Origin: a virus
Lineage: Duplodnaviria > Heunggongvirae > Uroviricota > Caudoviricetes
Strand: one strand, 5' to 3'
DNA length: 64,000 nt
IMG/VR virus record: IMGVR_UViG_3300031344_000003
Span: 38,815 to 102,814 of that record
Shown: piece by piece, positions 9,470 to 17,417 of the stretch
Position numbering within the stretch: the stretch's first letter is position 1
Layout: each line of letters opens with the position of its first letter
Notes under the pieces: model-generated
The model's database searches: none
Told to the model about the DNA's origin: nothing
Seen by the model: only the letters and a program-made list of their open reading frames with translations
Made by a program: the position numbers and the translations under genes

Positions 9470-9472
9470 TAC
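9321..9472 (+). CRISPR. CRISPR-like mini-array: 3 identical 28-bp direct repeats (GGTTGCTCCACGCGCGCGAGGCTGATAC) at 9321-9348, 9383-9410, 9445-9472 with two unique 34-bp spacers
   Basis: Read directly from the sequence. Period 62 bp, repeats identical, spacers of equal length and unrelated. No cas genes in the window. Repeat 1 also encodes the conserved C-terminus of the 9143 ORF. Confidence 0.35.
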
Positions 9473-9510
9473 GGTAGGCGTGCCGAGACGTCGCCGATTG
9501 TACCCACGCC

Positions 9511-9547
9511 TGTACCACACCTGAACACTGATCTCTCATGTGGTACA
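9511..9547 (+). other. stem-loop (9-bp stem TGTACCACA/TGTGGTACA, 19-nt loop) between the array and the next gene
   Basis: Perfect inverted repeat seen directly in the sequence. No T-tract follows, so a terminator is uncertain. Confidence 0.3.
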
Positions 9548-9556
9548 GTCTAACCC

Positions 9557-10513
9557 ATGACCGAACGGGTATTGATCACGGGCGCGGCGGGTTTCATCGG
9601 CTCAAACCTGGTCACCCGGTGCCTGGCCGAAGGGTGGGTCGTCCGCGGCGTCGACGACATGAGCAGTGGCCACCGAGAACTGCTGCACCCCGCCTTTAAT
9701 ACTGGTAGCCTGTTGATCGGCGACTTTGCCGCTGATTTCGTCCTCAACTCGATCAGGGCACAGGCCTTCGACGTCGTCATTCACCTGGCGGCGACGCCCC
9801 GCGTCAGCTATTCCGTCGAACACCCGCTGGAAACGCACGACAACAACGTCACCAAGACGCTGAAGTTGCTCGACGCCTGCACGGGCAACGTCAAACGCTT
9901 CGTCTTCGCCAGCTCCAGTGCCGTCTATGGTGGCGCGCTGGAGCTGCCCACTCCCGAGACGGCACCCAAGGAACCCAAGTCGCCCTATGCACTCCAGAAG
10001 TCGATCATTGAGGACTACCTGAAGTTGTACAGCAACCTCTACGGCCTCGACAGCGCTTGCCTGCGGTTCTTCAACGTCTTCGGCCCGGGCCAGTTGGGTA
10101 GCAATCCCTATGCGACGGCGATCGCGGCGTGGCTGACAGCGATCAAGCGCGGCGAGCCCATGCGCAGCGACGGTGACGGCTTTCAAAGCCGCGACATGTG
10201 CTACGTCGACAACGTCACTGATGCCTGTGCCAAGGCGGTGCAGAGCAAGGTACCCCTGATGGGAGCGTGTTACAACGTGGCCTGCGGCGACAATGTCTCC
10301 AACAACGACATCTTGGCGGTGTTGCGGGCCCATTACCCAGAGGCGACCGTCGTCAATGCGCCGGCTCGACGGGGCGACGTGATGCACACCATGGCCGACG
10401 TGTCGAAGGCCCAGCAACAGTTGGGCTACGTGCCGCTGGTCAAGTTCTGGCCGGGCCTCATCAAGACGATGATGTGGTACGAGCGTGAGTGGGAACAGAT
10501 CAGGAGCCTGTGA
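9557..10513 (+). CDS. NAD-dependent sugar epimerase/dehydratase (extended SDR)
   Basis: LITGAAGFIGSNL Rossmann motif, SSSAVYG, YALQK (YxxxK). Confidence 0.85.
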   Translation: MTERVLITGAAGFIGSNLVTRCLAEGWVVRGVDDMSSGHRELLHPAFNTGSLLIGDFAADFVLNSIRAQAFDVVIHLAATPRVSYSVEHPLETHDNNVTKTLKLLDACTGNVKRFVFASSSAVYGGALELPTPETAPKEPKSPYALQKSIIEDYLKLYSNLYGLDSACLRFFNVFGPGQLGSNPYATAIAAWLTAIKRGEPMRSDGDGFQSRDMCYVDNVTDACAKAVQSKVPLMGACYNVACGDNVSNNDILAVLRAHYPEATVVNAPARRGDVMHTMADVSKAQQQLGYVPLVKFWPGLIKTMMWYEREWEQIRSL

Positions 10514-10710
10514 TGAAGATCACCTTGACGGCCGATGAAGTGCGCGAGGCCTGCGCGATGTACGTCCGCAGCAAGTACGAAAATTTGCGGGGTGCAACTC
10601 TGGCGGTGCAACTGCACCGTCGTCAACTGACGCCGCAGGAGGAATTCGACGCCTCGCACGGCTACGTCAACGACATGACGGACCGCGTTGAAGCCGTGGT
10701 GGACGCATGA
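10513..10710 (+). CDS. hypothetical small protein
   Basis: tgATG overlap with the upstream stop. Begins MKITLTADEVREA. Confidence 0.35.
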   Translation: MKITLTADEVREACAMYVRSKYENLRGATLAVQLHRRQLTPQEEFDASHGYVNDMTDRVEAVVDA

Positions 10711-10940
10711 GCAATGTCAGGTCAGTCGCAGATTACCATGCAAATCACGCAATTGAAGCACTCAAAGTGCTCATTGAGTCAACGCCTGAAGGCGAGTTCG
10801 TAGATATCCCACAAACACGTCAACAGCTCGAACAGATGCGTCAAAAATTGATCGGCATCGAACACATGAAGGATAGCGTCGCATACATCGATTATCAACT
10901 TGAACAGGGTGATTTGGGAAGGGTACGATTCGCAACATGA
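10707..10940 (+). CDS. hypothetical small protein (low-GC segment)
   Basis: ATGA coupling on both sides. Confidence 0.4.
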   Translation: MSNVRSVADYHANHAIEALKVLIESTPEGEFVDIPQTRQQLEQMRQKLIGIEHMKDSVAYIDYQLEQGDLGRVRFAT

Positions 10941-11692
10941 TTACTAACACCGTCTCTGACATGCGACTGGAGCTGGCACGTCACCTCGCTGACCAGCGCT
11001 TCACCAGCGTCAACCGTGAGGCGTCAATGACGTCGCTGGTCGGCGCCAAGACGATCGAACTGTGTGGTGTCAACTTCATCGCCGACCAAGAAGTGCTGTT
11101 CGGCAAGCTGAACCACGATTACCTCAAGCGTGAGGAACAGTGGTACCAGTCAATGTCGTGCAGCGTTGATGACTTTCCGGGTGGCGCCCCCGCGGTGTGG
11201 GAGGCAATCGCCTCGAGGGATGGACTGGTCAACTCAAACTACGGCTACCTCATCCGTCACTCCGACAATGGTTATCAGTTCGACCACGTCGTTAACGAGT
11301 TACGAAGGAACCCGGAGTCCCGCCGAGCGGTGATGATCTACACCCGGCCGTCGATGTGGGTCGACTACAATAAGGGTGGGCGCTCTGACTTCGTCTGCAC
11401 CAACACGGTGCAGTACCTGATCCGCGACGGTTCGGTGAGTGCTGTGGTGAATATGCGCTCACAAGATTCACACATCGGATATAAGAACGATCGCGAATGG
11501 CAGCGATTGACGCTCAACGCCGTCGCTGATGCGGTGGGAGTACCAGCGGGCGTGCTGATGTGGCAGGTGGGGTCGCTCCATGTCTACCAACGTGACTTCT
11601 ACCTCGTCGATCACTTCATCAAGACGCGTGAAGTCAACATCACCAAGGCGCAGTACCGTGAACTGTATCCCACGTCGCCGTATAATGAGTGA
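10937..11692 (+). CDS. T4 gp42-type deoxynucleotide (dCMP/dUMP) hydroxymethylase, ThyA superfamily
   Basis: RRAVMIYTRPSMWVDYNKGGRSDFVCTNTVQYLIRDG...VVNMRSQDS...VGSLHVYQRDFYLVDHF is near-identical in motif order to T4 gp42 (RRGIMIYTRPSMQFDYNKDGMSDFMCTNTVQYLIRD...VVNMRSND...VGSLHVYSRHFYLVDHW). Confidence 0.8.
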   Translation: MITNTVSDMRLELARHLADQRFTSVNREASMTSLVGAKTIELCGVNFIADQEVLFGKLNHDYLKREEQWYQSMSCSVDDFPGGAPAVWEAIASRDGLVNSNYGYLIRHSDNGYQFDHVVNELRRNPESRRAVMIYTRPSMWVDYNKGGRSDFVCTNTVQYLIRDGSVSAVVNMRSQDSHIGYKNDREWQRLTLNAVADAVGVPAGVLMWQVGSLHVYQRDFYLVDHFIKTREVNITKAQYRELYPTSPYNE

Positions 11693-11708
11693 AGGAGCAA
11701 CACCGAAA

Positions 11709-12275
11709 ATGACATGCATCGTTGGCGTCGCGAAGGGCAACACGGTCTGGTTGGGCGGCGATAGTGCCGCGACGGGCGGGAACATGAATCGCACCATCAT
11801 CAAGGATCCCAAGGTCTTCGTCCGCGGCGAGCTAGCCTTCGGCGTCTGCGGCCTACCTAAGGTGATGGACGCCGTGGCCCATGGCATCGAAATGCCCCAG
11901 CAACAAGGTGATACAAGCGATCGGACCTTTCTGGTCAATGAGCTGGTGCCGGCCCTCCGCGCGGGGCTCAAGCGCCTTGATTGTACCGCCAAAGACCCGC
12001 AATTCGGCACCGTCTTCATGGGAGGCATGTTGATCGGCTACCGAGGTGTCATCTATGAGTTGCAGGGCAATTTTCAACTGTGTACCTGCGCTGAAGGCTT
12101 TGCCTCGGTCGGCTCGGGCTCGCCCTTCGCCAAGGGCGCCCTCCATGCGTCGAATGGCAAGGGCAGTCCCCGCAAGCGGATCCTCAACGCCCTCGAGTGC
12201 GCGACAAAGGGCAATGCGGGCGTCGCCCCACCCTTTGTCATCGTCAGTGTCAAGCAGAAAAGGAAGTGGCTGTAA
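11709..12275 (+). CDS. HslV-like / proteasome beta-type Ntn hydrolase (paralog 1)
   Basis: Begins MTCIVGVAKGNTVWLGGDSAATGGN (Thr1 after Met removal). FGVCG and GSGSPFAKGAL resemble HslV GFAGG and GSGGPYA. AGGAG RBS. Confidence 0.7.
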   Translation: MTCIVGVAKGNTVWLGGDSAATGGNMNRTIIKDPKVFVRGELAFGVCGLPKVMDAVAHGIEMPQQQGDTSDRTFLVNELVPALRAGLKRLDCTAKDPQFGTVFMGGMLIGYRGVIYELQGNFQLCTCAEGFASVGSGSPFAKGALHASNGKGSPRKRILNALECATKGNAGVAPPFVIVSVKQKRKWL

Positions 12276-12277
12276 GC

Positions 12278-12859
12278 ATGACCTGCGTCGTTGGGTTGGA
12301 AGATCACGGCATCATCTACGTCGGTGCGGACAGTGCGGGCATCGACTCTCACTCGTTGAGCATCGTCGGCCGCGCCGACGAGAAGGTCTTCGTCACCGAT
12401 GACGGCGACTTCATCATGGGCTTTGCGGGCTCTTTCCGCATCGGTCAGCTGCTGCGCTATGCCCTCGTCACCCCTGATCAACCGGGCCGCATGGATGACA
12501 TGGCCTACATGGTCACCGACTTCATCGACGCCGTGCGCGCAATGCAGCACGACAAAGGCGCGCGAGAGAAGAAGGACGAACTTGAACAGCACGAGGCCTC
12601 GTTCATCGTCGGGTATCGAGGTCACCTCTATGTCATCGAGAGCGACTACCAGGTGGGTCGACCCATCGACAACTATGCCGCGATCGGTTGTGGAGCTGAC
12701 ATGGCCTTGGGTGCCATGTACGCGACCAAGAAGCTGAAGATGAAGCCTGAAGAGCGATTGATGTTGGCGCTGCAGGCGGCCGCAGAGTTTAGCGCCGGCG
12801 TCAGGCCACCCTTTCACATCCTGAAGCTCGAACCTCCTGTTGTTGACGAGGCAAAGTAG
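12278..12859 (+). CDS. HslV-like / proteasome beta-type Ntn hydrolase (paralog 2)
   Basis: MTCVVGLEDHGIIYVGADSAG...FIMGFAGS...AIGCGADMALGAMYA. Sits 3 nt after paralog 1. Confidence 0.7.
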   Translation: MTCVVGLEDHGIIYVGADSAGIDSHSLSIVGRADEKVFVTDDGDFIMGFAGSFRIGQLLRYALVTPDQPGRMDDMAYMVTDFIDAVRAMQHDKGAREKKDELEQHEASFIVGYRGHLYVIESDYQVGRPIDNYAAIGCGADMALGAMYATKKLKMKPEERLMLALQAAAEFSAGVRPPFHILKLEPPVVDEAK

Positions 12860-12868
12860 GAGAACACC

Positions 12869-13183
12869 ATGGGCGCACACCTGATCAATGGTGAGTTTCA
12901 AAGCGACAAATATCCGACGTGTCCCCGGGGAAAGGTGCCATTGAGCGTCAAGGATCCGACGGCACAAGACCTGCTGTGGGAGTACGCGCAGCGTCGCCGC
13001 GCAGTTGATGCCGAGTTTGCTGACGATCTGGAGACGGCGCTGCGCGCGTGTGGTTATGAGCCCAGGGGCATCACTAGGATTTCAAAGTCCGATGCCGAAT
13101 ACTTGCGAGGCGAGCCTTCACCACTGAAAATTCTGATCCCAAATTCTATTGAAGAAGACGACCCGCCTGAAAGTGAGGAGTGA
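12869..13183 (+). CDS. hypothetical protein
   Basis: AGGAG RBS. Acidic C-terminus. Confidence 0.4.
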   Translation: MGAHLINGEFQSDKYPTCPRGKVPLSVKDPTAQDLLWEYAQRRRAVDAEFADDLETALRACGYEPRGITRISKSDAEYLRGEPSPLKILIPNSIEEDDPPESEE

Positions 13184-13185
13184 AC

Positions 13186-13488
13186 ATGACATCGAGAGAC
13201 TTCTGCTACTGGCTCCAGGGCTTCTTGGAGCTCCGCGATGCAGGTTACTCGGGTACGAACATCTCGCTGACCCACGAACAGCTCGACTGCATCAAGCGTC
13301 ACCTGGCGATGGTGTTCAAGCACGAGATTGACCCGAGCATGGGTGATGAGGCTCACCGTGACGAGCTGCAGGACATCCACGACGACGATGCGACTGCCAA
13401 GCAACCCATTAGACCCAAACGCGTGAACGTCTCCGTCCTCGACCAGCGCGGTCCCACGTTCGATCCCAACGTCAGGTTGATGTGCTGA
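13186..13488 (+). CDS. hypothetical protein
   Basis: GGAG RBS 5 nt before ATG 13186. Confidence 0.4.
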   Translation: MTSRDFCYWLQGFLELRDAGYSGTNISLTHEQLDCIKRHLAMVFKHEIDPSMGDEAHRDELQDIHDDDATAKQPIRPKRVNVSVLDQRGPTFDPNVRLMC

Positions 13489-13489
13489 G

Positions 13490-14074
13490 ATGGCCGACAC
13501 CAACGCCTCTCTGATCGTCTTCTGTGGGCCCATGATGTCGGGCAAGACGTCGAAGCTGTTGATGGCCCTCGAGCGCCTCAAGTACCAGCACAAGCGCGTT
13601 GCCGTCTTCAAGCCCTCGCTCGACGTCAGGTACAGCGCCAGCGAAATCGTCAGCCACTTGGGTTGGCGGCACCCGGCGACGACGGTGCAAGGCGGCGCCG
13701 ACATCCTCGAGGCACTGGCTGAGGCCGACGTGGCACCTGATGCGATTGCCGTCGACGAGGCCTTCATGATCCCGGGTGTCGCAGGGGTGTTGACGTGGTT
13801 GTACCGCACCGGCGTCGACGTCGTCGTCTCCACGCTCGACATTTCGGCGACGGGCAAGCCCTTTCCCGAGGTCGAGAAGTTGTTGCCGTGGGCCACGCAC
13901 ATCGAGAAGTGCTCGGCCGTCTGCACCCAGTGTGGCCGTGACGCCTTCTACACCCACAAGAAGCAGGTGTCGACCGACGATGAGATTGAAGTCGGTGGTG
14001 CCGAGATGTACGAGCCGCGTTGTAGCCGCCATCACGTCGCGATCGATCTGCGGCCCAAGCTCAATGAGCCATGA
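13490..14074 (+). CDS. tdk: thymidine kinase (TK1 family)
   Basis: LIVFCGPMMSGKTSKLL, VAVFKPSLDVRY, C-terminal zinc motif CTQCG...EPRCSRHH. Confidence 0.85.
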   Translation: MADTNASLIVFCGPMMSGKTSKLLMALERLKYQHKRVAVFKPSLDVRYSASEIVSHLGWRHPATTVQGGADILEALAEADVAPDAIAVDEAFMIPGVAGVLTWLYRTGVDVVVSTLDISATGKPFPEVEKLLPWATHIEKCSAVCTQCGRDAFYTHKKQVSTDDEIEVGGAEMYEPRCSRHHVAIDLRPKLNEP

Positions 14075-14331
14075 AACCCGGCGATCTCATCGCGCGGGTG
14101 TACGAATCTGACGGCGTTACAGCACTTCGTAGAGAAGAATTGTTATCATCGGTGACGGGCGATTACGTGCCCATTGGGGGCATTCACCTGTTGATCAGCT
14201 ATGTCGATGGAATATTGACATGGTTGCCTTTGGGTGCAAACTGCAACGAGTTGTTTAGTGCGGACGAGAACGACACCGAAGCCGGCATTGCAGGCGACGA
14301 CGTCATCTACGTACACGTGAGCCTGACATGA
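14071..14331 (+). CDS. small MKPGDLI-family protein, paralog 2
   Basis: ATGA overlap with tdk. Protein conserved with 9143 and 14328. Confidence 0.5.
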   Translation: MKPGDLIARVYESDGVTALRREELLSSVTGDYVPIGGIHLLISYVDGILTWLPLGANCNELFSADENDTEAGIAGDDVIYVHVSLT

Positions 14332-14618
14332 AGCCAGGCGACCTCATCGAGTGGGCGTATAGGGTTGATAATTGTGTCGTTGTTCACAGTGAATATTTGT
14401 GGTCATCGGTGTTCAATCGTTTTGTGCCCATTGGGGGCATCCACCTGCTGATCGGACGCGCCGATGGGATATTGACGTGGCTGTCTCTACGTGCAGCTCA
14501 CAAGGGCTTGTTGCGAGCCGCCGAGCGCGATGTGCTGTGCCTAAGGGCGGAACGTCCTGCCGGCAAGGGTTGTTACGCACGTGTCTTCGGGCGCGGTGCG
14601 GTGAGGCCGACGGTGTAA
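14328..14618 (+). CDS. small MKPGDLIEW-family protein, paralog 3
   Basis: ATGA overlap. Conserved at protein level with synonymous DNA divergence from paralog 1. A degenerate copy of its 3' segment recurs about 64 bp downstream (14501 vs 14565). Confidence 0.5.
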   Translation: MKPGDLIEWAYRVDNCVVVHSEYLWSSVFNRFVPIGGIHLLIGRADGILTWLSLRAAHKGLLRAAERDVLCLRAERPAGKGCYARVFGRGAVRPTV

Positions 14619-14647
14619 TCGATGATCCACCGTGGTATGATCAGTAG

Positions 14648-15787
14648 GTGATACCCATTCGCCGCCCATTCACAATGAAACTGCCCGCTGAAGTGTTGAC
14701 CCTATCGAGCCTCTTCAATCAGGTGGGTCATGAGCTCTACGTGGTCGGCGGTGCCGTTCGCGATGCGGTGTTGGGGCAATCACCCAAGGACTTTGACGTG
14801 GCGACGGGGGCGACACCAGACCAAGTGGTGAAGCTGCTGAAGACACTGCCTGGCGGGTGCAAGATCAATGCCGTCGGCAAGTCATTCGGCGTCGTCAAGG
14901 TGCAGTTCTACGCCGCGCGCAATGAACTCGAGATCGCCACGTTCCGCCAGGACGTGGGTGCAGGGCGAAGGCCTGAAAGCGTCGTCTTTACCACGATCGA
15001 CGAGGACGTCAAGCGCCGTGATTTAACGATCAACGCGCTGTTCTTCGACATCGAACGCAGCGAACTCGTCGATCTGGTGGGCGGGTTGGCTGACCTCGAC
15101 GCCAAGCTCGTCAGGACGGTGGGCGACCCATTCGCACGCTTTGCCGAAGATCGCCTCCGCATCCTGCGCGCCGTCAGGTTCGCCTGCAAGTTGGGCTTTG
15201 ACATCGAAGGGATGACTGCGCAGGCGATCAAGCACGACCCCAACCTTCACGGCGTGTCGCCTGAGCGCATTCACGACGAGTTCACTCGTGCCGTGGCGAC
15301 GGCGAAACACGTGCCGGCACTGATGCAGCACCTGAACTACTTTGACCTGTGGCCTCACGTGCTGCCGGGCCTCAACGTGTCGTACCAGTTGGCCGAAGGC
15401 ATCACCTCACGCGTGCCTGAGGTCGCACTAGCAGTGCTGCTCGATCACCAGCGACCGTGTGGCATCGACGAGCGTTTGGCCGCGCTGAAGTACAGCGCTC
15501 ACGAGATCTCGCGGACGACGTTCCTGTTGAGGTACCGCGACCTCGAGGTGTCGAGTGCCTTCAAGCTGCGCAAGGCCTTCTTGGCGTGCTCGATGAGCGC
15601 TGAGGTGCTGCAGGACTACTATCGCCTGCGGGGCCTGCCCGTCACTGCGTTGGTCAGGGCCTTCAACGACTACCTGCGCGCGGCGCCCGTCAAGGGCGGC
15701 GACGTGATGAAGGATGGTTTTGCTAAGCAGGCGCTTGGCGCTGAGATTGAACGACGTGAGACCGAGATTTTCAAGGGGTTGCTATGA
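14648..15787 (+). CDS. cca: tRNA nucleotidyltransferase (CCA-adding enzyme) / poly(A) polymerase family
   Basis: LYVVGGAVRD..LG, DFDV and RRDLTINALF are head-domain motifs of the class II CCA-adding family. Confidence 0.8.
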   Translation: MIPIRRPFTMKLPAEVLTLSSLFNQVGHELYVVGGAVRDAVLGQSPKDFDVATGATPDQVVKLLKTLPGGCKINAVGKSFGVVKVQFYAARNELEIATFRQDVGAGRRPESVVFTTIDEDVKRRDLTINALFFDIERSELVDLVGGLADLDAKLVRTVGDPFARFAEDRLRILRAVRFACKLGFDIEGMTAQAIKHDPNLHGVSPERIHDEFTRAVATAKHVPALMQHLNYFDLWPHVLPGLNVSYQLAEGITSRVPEVALAVLLDHQRPCGIDERLAALKYSAHEISRTTFLLRYRDLEVSSAFKLRKAFLACSMSAEVLQDYYRLRGLPVTALVRAFNDYLRAAPVKGGDVMKDGFAKQALGAEIERRETEIFKGLL

Positions 15788-16344
15788 AGAAGACATTCGA
15801 GGAAGCATGGGCCGAGAAGGAGAAACAGGGCTACCAGTACGGCGCCGACGCCCTGGAGCAGGTTCGCATGGGATGGGAGCTGCACGAAGGTGCTGATGAG
15901 CCCAAGGTCGGTCGATCACCTTGGCCTACGCGGTGGATGAATGTCGCTCGCTTGCTAGCCAGTGAGTGTTCTTATGACCCAAGACTGAAGGTCTGTGCAA
16001 TCATGGTGCCCGAGGACAATACGGGAATCATGGCTTTTGGGTACAATGGGAATGCGAAGGGCATGCCCAATGAAGTCGAGTCACTTGTTCCCGGCCAATC
16101 AGGTGCGATTCACGCTGAACAAAATTGCCTCATTAAGGCACCATTCCACTTTCCACTCAAGAAACACATGTACATCACCCACAGTTCATGCAGGGCCTGT
16201 GCCAAGCTCCTGATCAACGCCAACGTGTCGCGCGTGGTCTATGGAGAGCTGTACCGCGACGCGTCGGGCCTCGACCTGCTGCGAGCAGCGGGAATAGAGG
16301 TTTACTCCGAGGCAGAAGCCGTGGCCCTTACGGCACGGGCGTGA
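15784..16344 (+). CDS. dCMP deaminase (zinc-dependent cytidine/deoxycytidylate deaminase)
   Basis: HAEQNCL (HAE) and SSCRACAKLL (PC..C). Confidence 0.85.
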   Translation: MKKTFEEAWAEKEKQGYQYGADALEQVRMGWELHEGADEPKVGRSPWPTRWMNVARLLASECSYDPRLKVCAIMVPEDNTGIMAFGYNGNAKGMPNEVESLVPGQSGAIHAEQNCLIKAPFHFPLKKHMYITHSSCRACAKLLINANVSRVVYGELYRDASGLDLLRAAGIEVYSEAEAVALTARA

Positions 16345-16357
16345 TACTTATGCCAAA

Positions 16358-16669
16358 GTGATGAAGAAGCTACAGGAAGTCGACGTCATTCGCATCATGC
16401 GCGAGGAATGGTCAGCGAAGGTCAAGACCCTTGCCGAGGAGGTTGACGTCGTCATGAACTCCAAGGTGAAGGATGGTAGCACGGTGGGGGTGCTCTCGCC
16501 GGGATTAAAGATAAAACATAAACAAAGTGGGATTTTGTACACCGTCATGTCCGTCGGCCCACGTGATGTGCTGATCAGGCCGCCCGATGGAGACCCAAAT
16601 GGATCAATTAGTGACACTGCGATGCTCGTCGATGCTGCTGAGCTAGAGCAGTCCTACAAGCTTGACTGA
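16358..16669 (+). CDS. hypothetical protein
   Basis: ORF only. Confidence 0.35.
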   Translation: MMKKLQEVDVIRIMREEWSAKVKTLAEEVDVVMNSKVKDGSTVGVLSPGLKIKHKQSGILYTVMSVGPRDVLIRPPDGDPNGSISDTAMLVDAAELEQSYKLD

Positions 16670-17417
16670 AATTGGGAGATCAATACGAATGGCACAGCAC
16701 GATAAAGAAGACCAGTTGACCGATCTCCTCAAGGGCGTCGACATCAAGGGCATCGTCAATGGCGCGTTGCAGAAGGGTGGTGCTGTCGCTGCCCCCATCG
16801 ACGAGGCCTACGTGGCGCAGCCCAAGCCCTACTCGCAGGTGACGGAGTTCGTGTCCCAGAAGACGAAGGACGCCCACACGTCGCTGTACCAGAAGTACGT
16901 CGAGACGTTGAACCGGGTGTCTGCTGAACTCGACACTGCTTCGAAGTCGGAAGCCAACAGCAACCACTCCGACTTCAGGAGCCTGAAGCTTGATGAGACG
17001 CGGTTGCTGAACGCGGTTTGGCTACATGAACTTTACTTCGCCAACTGCTTTGACGTTCATAGTGAGTGCTACATGAATTCCATGGCGTACATCCGCCTGG
17101 AACGTGACTTCGGCACCTTTGAGGACGCACAGCAGGACATGATGGCATGTGCGCTGGCCTGCGGTGAGGGCTGGATGATCACCGCCTACAACATGTTCCT
17201 CAAACGCTACGTCAACGTCATGGTCACCGACAACAGCCACGACGTGATGTTGGGGCTGTACCCGATCATCGTCATCGACATGCATGCTCACGCGTACTTC
17301 AAGGACTACCTGACTGACAAGAAGAGCTACCTCGTAGCGATGATGCGCCAGCTCAACTGGAACGTCATCGAAGAGCGGTTCACCAAGGCTGAATCGATTG
17401 CCGAGGTGGTCAAGTGA
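16662..17417 (+). CDS. Fe/Mn superoxide dismutase-like protein
   Basis: AVWLHELYF (like WNHTFYW), DFGTFEDAQ, GEGWMITAY and IDMHAHAYFKDYLTDKKSYLVAMMRQLNWNVIEERF parallel SOD DVWEHAYYL...NWENV. Metal-ligand His/Asp positions look retained. Confidence 0.6.
   Translation: MTEIGRSIRMAQHDKEDQLTDLLKGVDIKGIVNGALQKGGAVAAPIDEAYVAQPKPYSQVTEFVSQKTKDAHTSLYQKYVETLNRVSAELDTASKSEANSNHSDFRSLKLDETRLLNAVWLHELYFANCFDVHSECYMNSMAYIRLERDFGTFEDAQQDMMACALACGEGWMITAYNMFLKRYVNVMVTDNSHDVMLGLYPIIVIDMHAHAYFKDYLTDKKSYLVAMMRQLNWNVIEERFTKAESIAEVVK

Noticed and set aside
9321-9472. Interpreting the three repeats as a simple tandem duplication of the gene's 3' end
   Set aside because: A tandem duplication would copy the intervening sequence too. 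Here the 34-bp spacers are unrelated to each other while the repeats are identical, which is more consistent with a CRISPR-type array. The explanation is kept as an alternative in the finding.
9235-9539. Minus-strand ORFs across the repeat array with repeated SLARVEQP peptides
   Set aside because: They are a translation artefact of the 28-bp direct repeats.
12074-12967. Long minus-strand ORFs overlapping strong plus-strand genes (for example 12074..12967, 13054..13926, 41390..42124, 43073..44107, 5780..6700)
   Set aside because: They overlap motif-supported genes on the other strand (HslV-like genes, tdk, lysozyme, NUDIX). They have a low-complexity Arg/Pro/Ser-rich composition typical of high-GC antisense frames.
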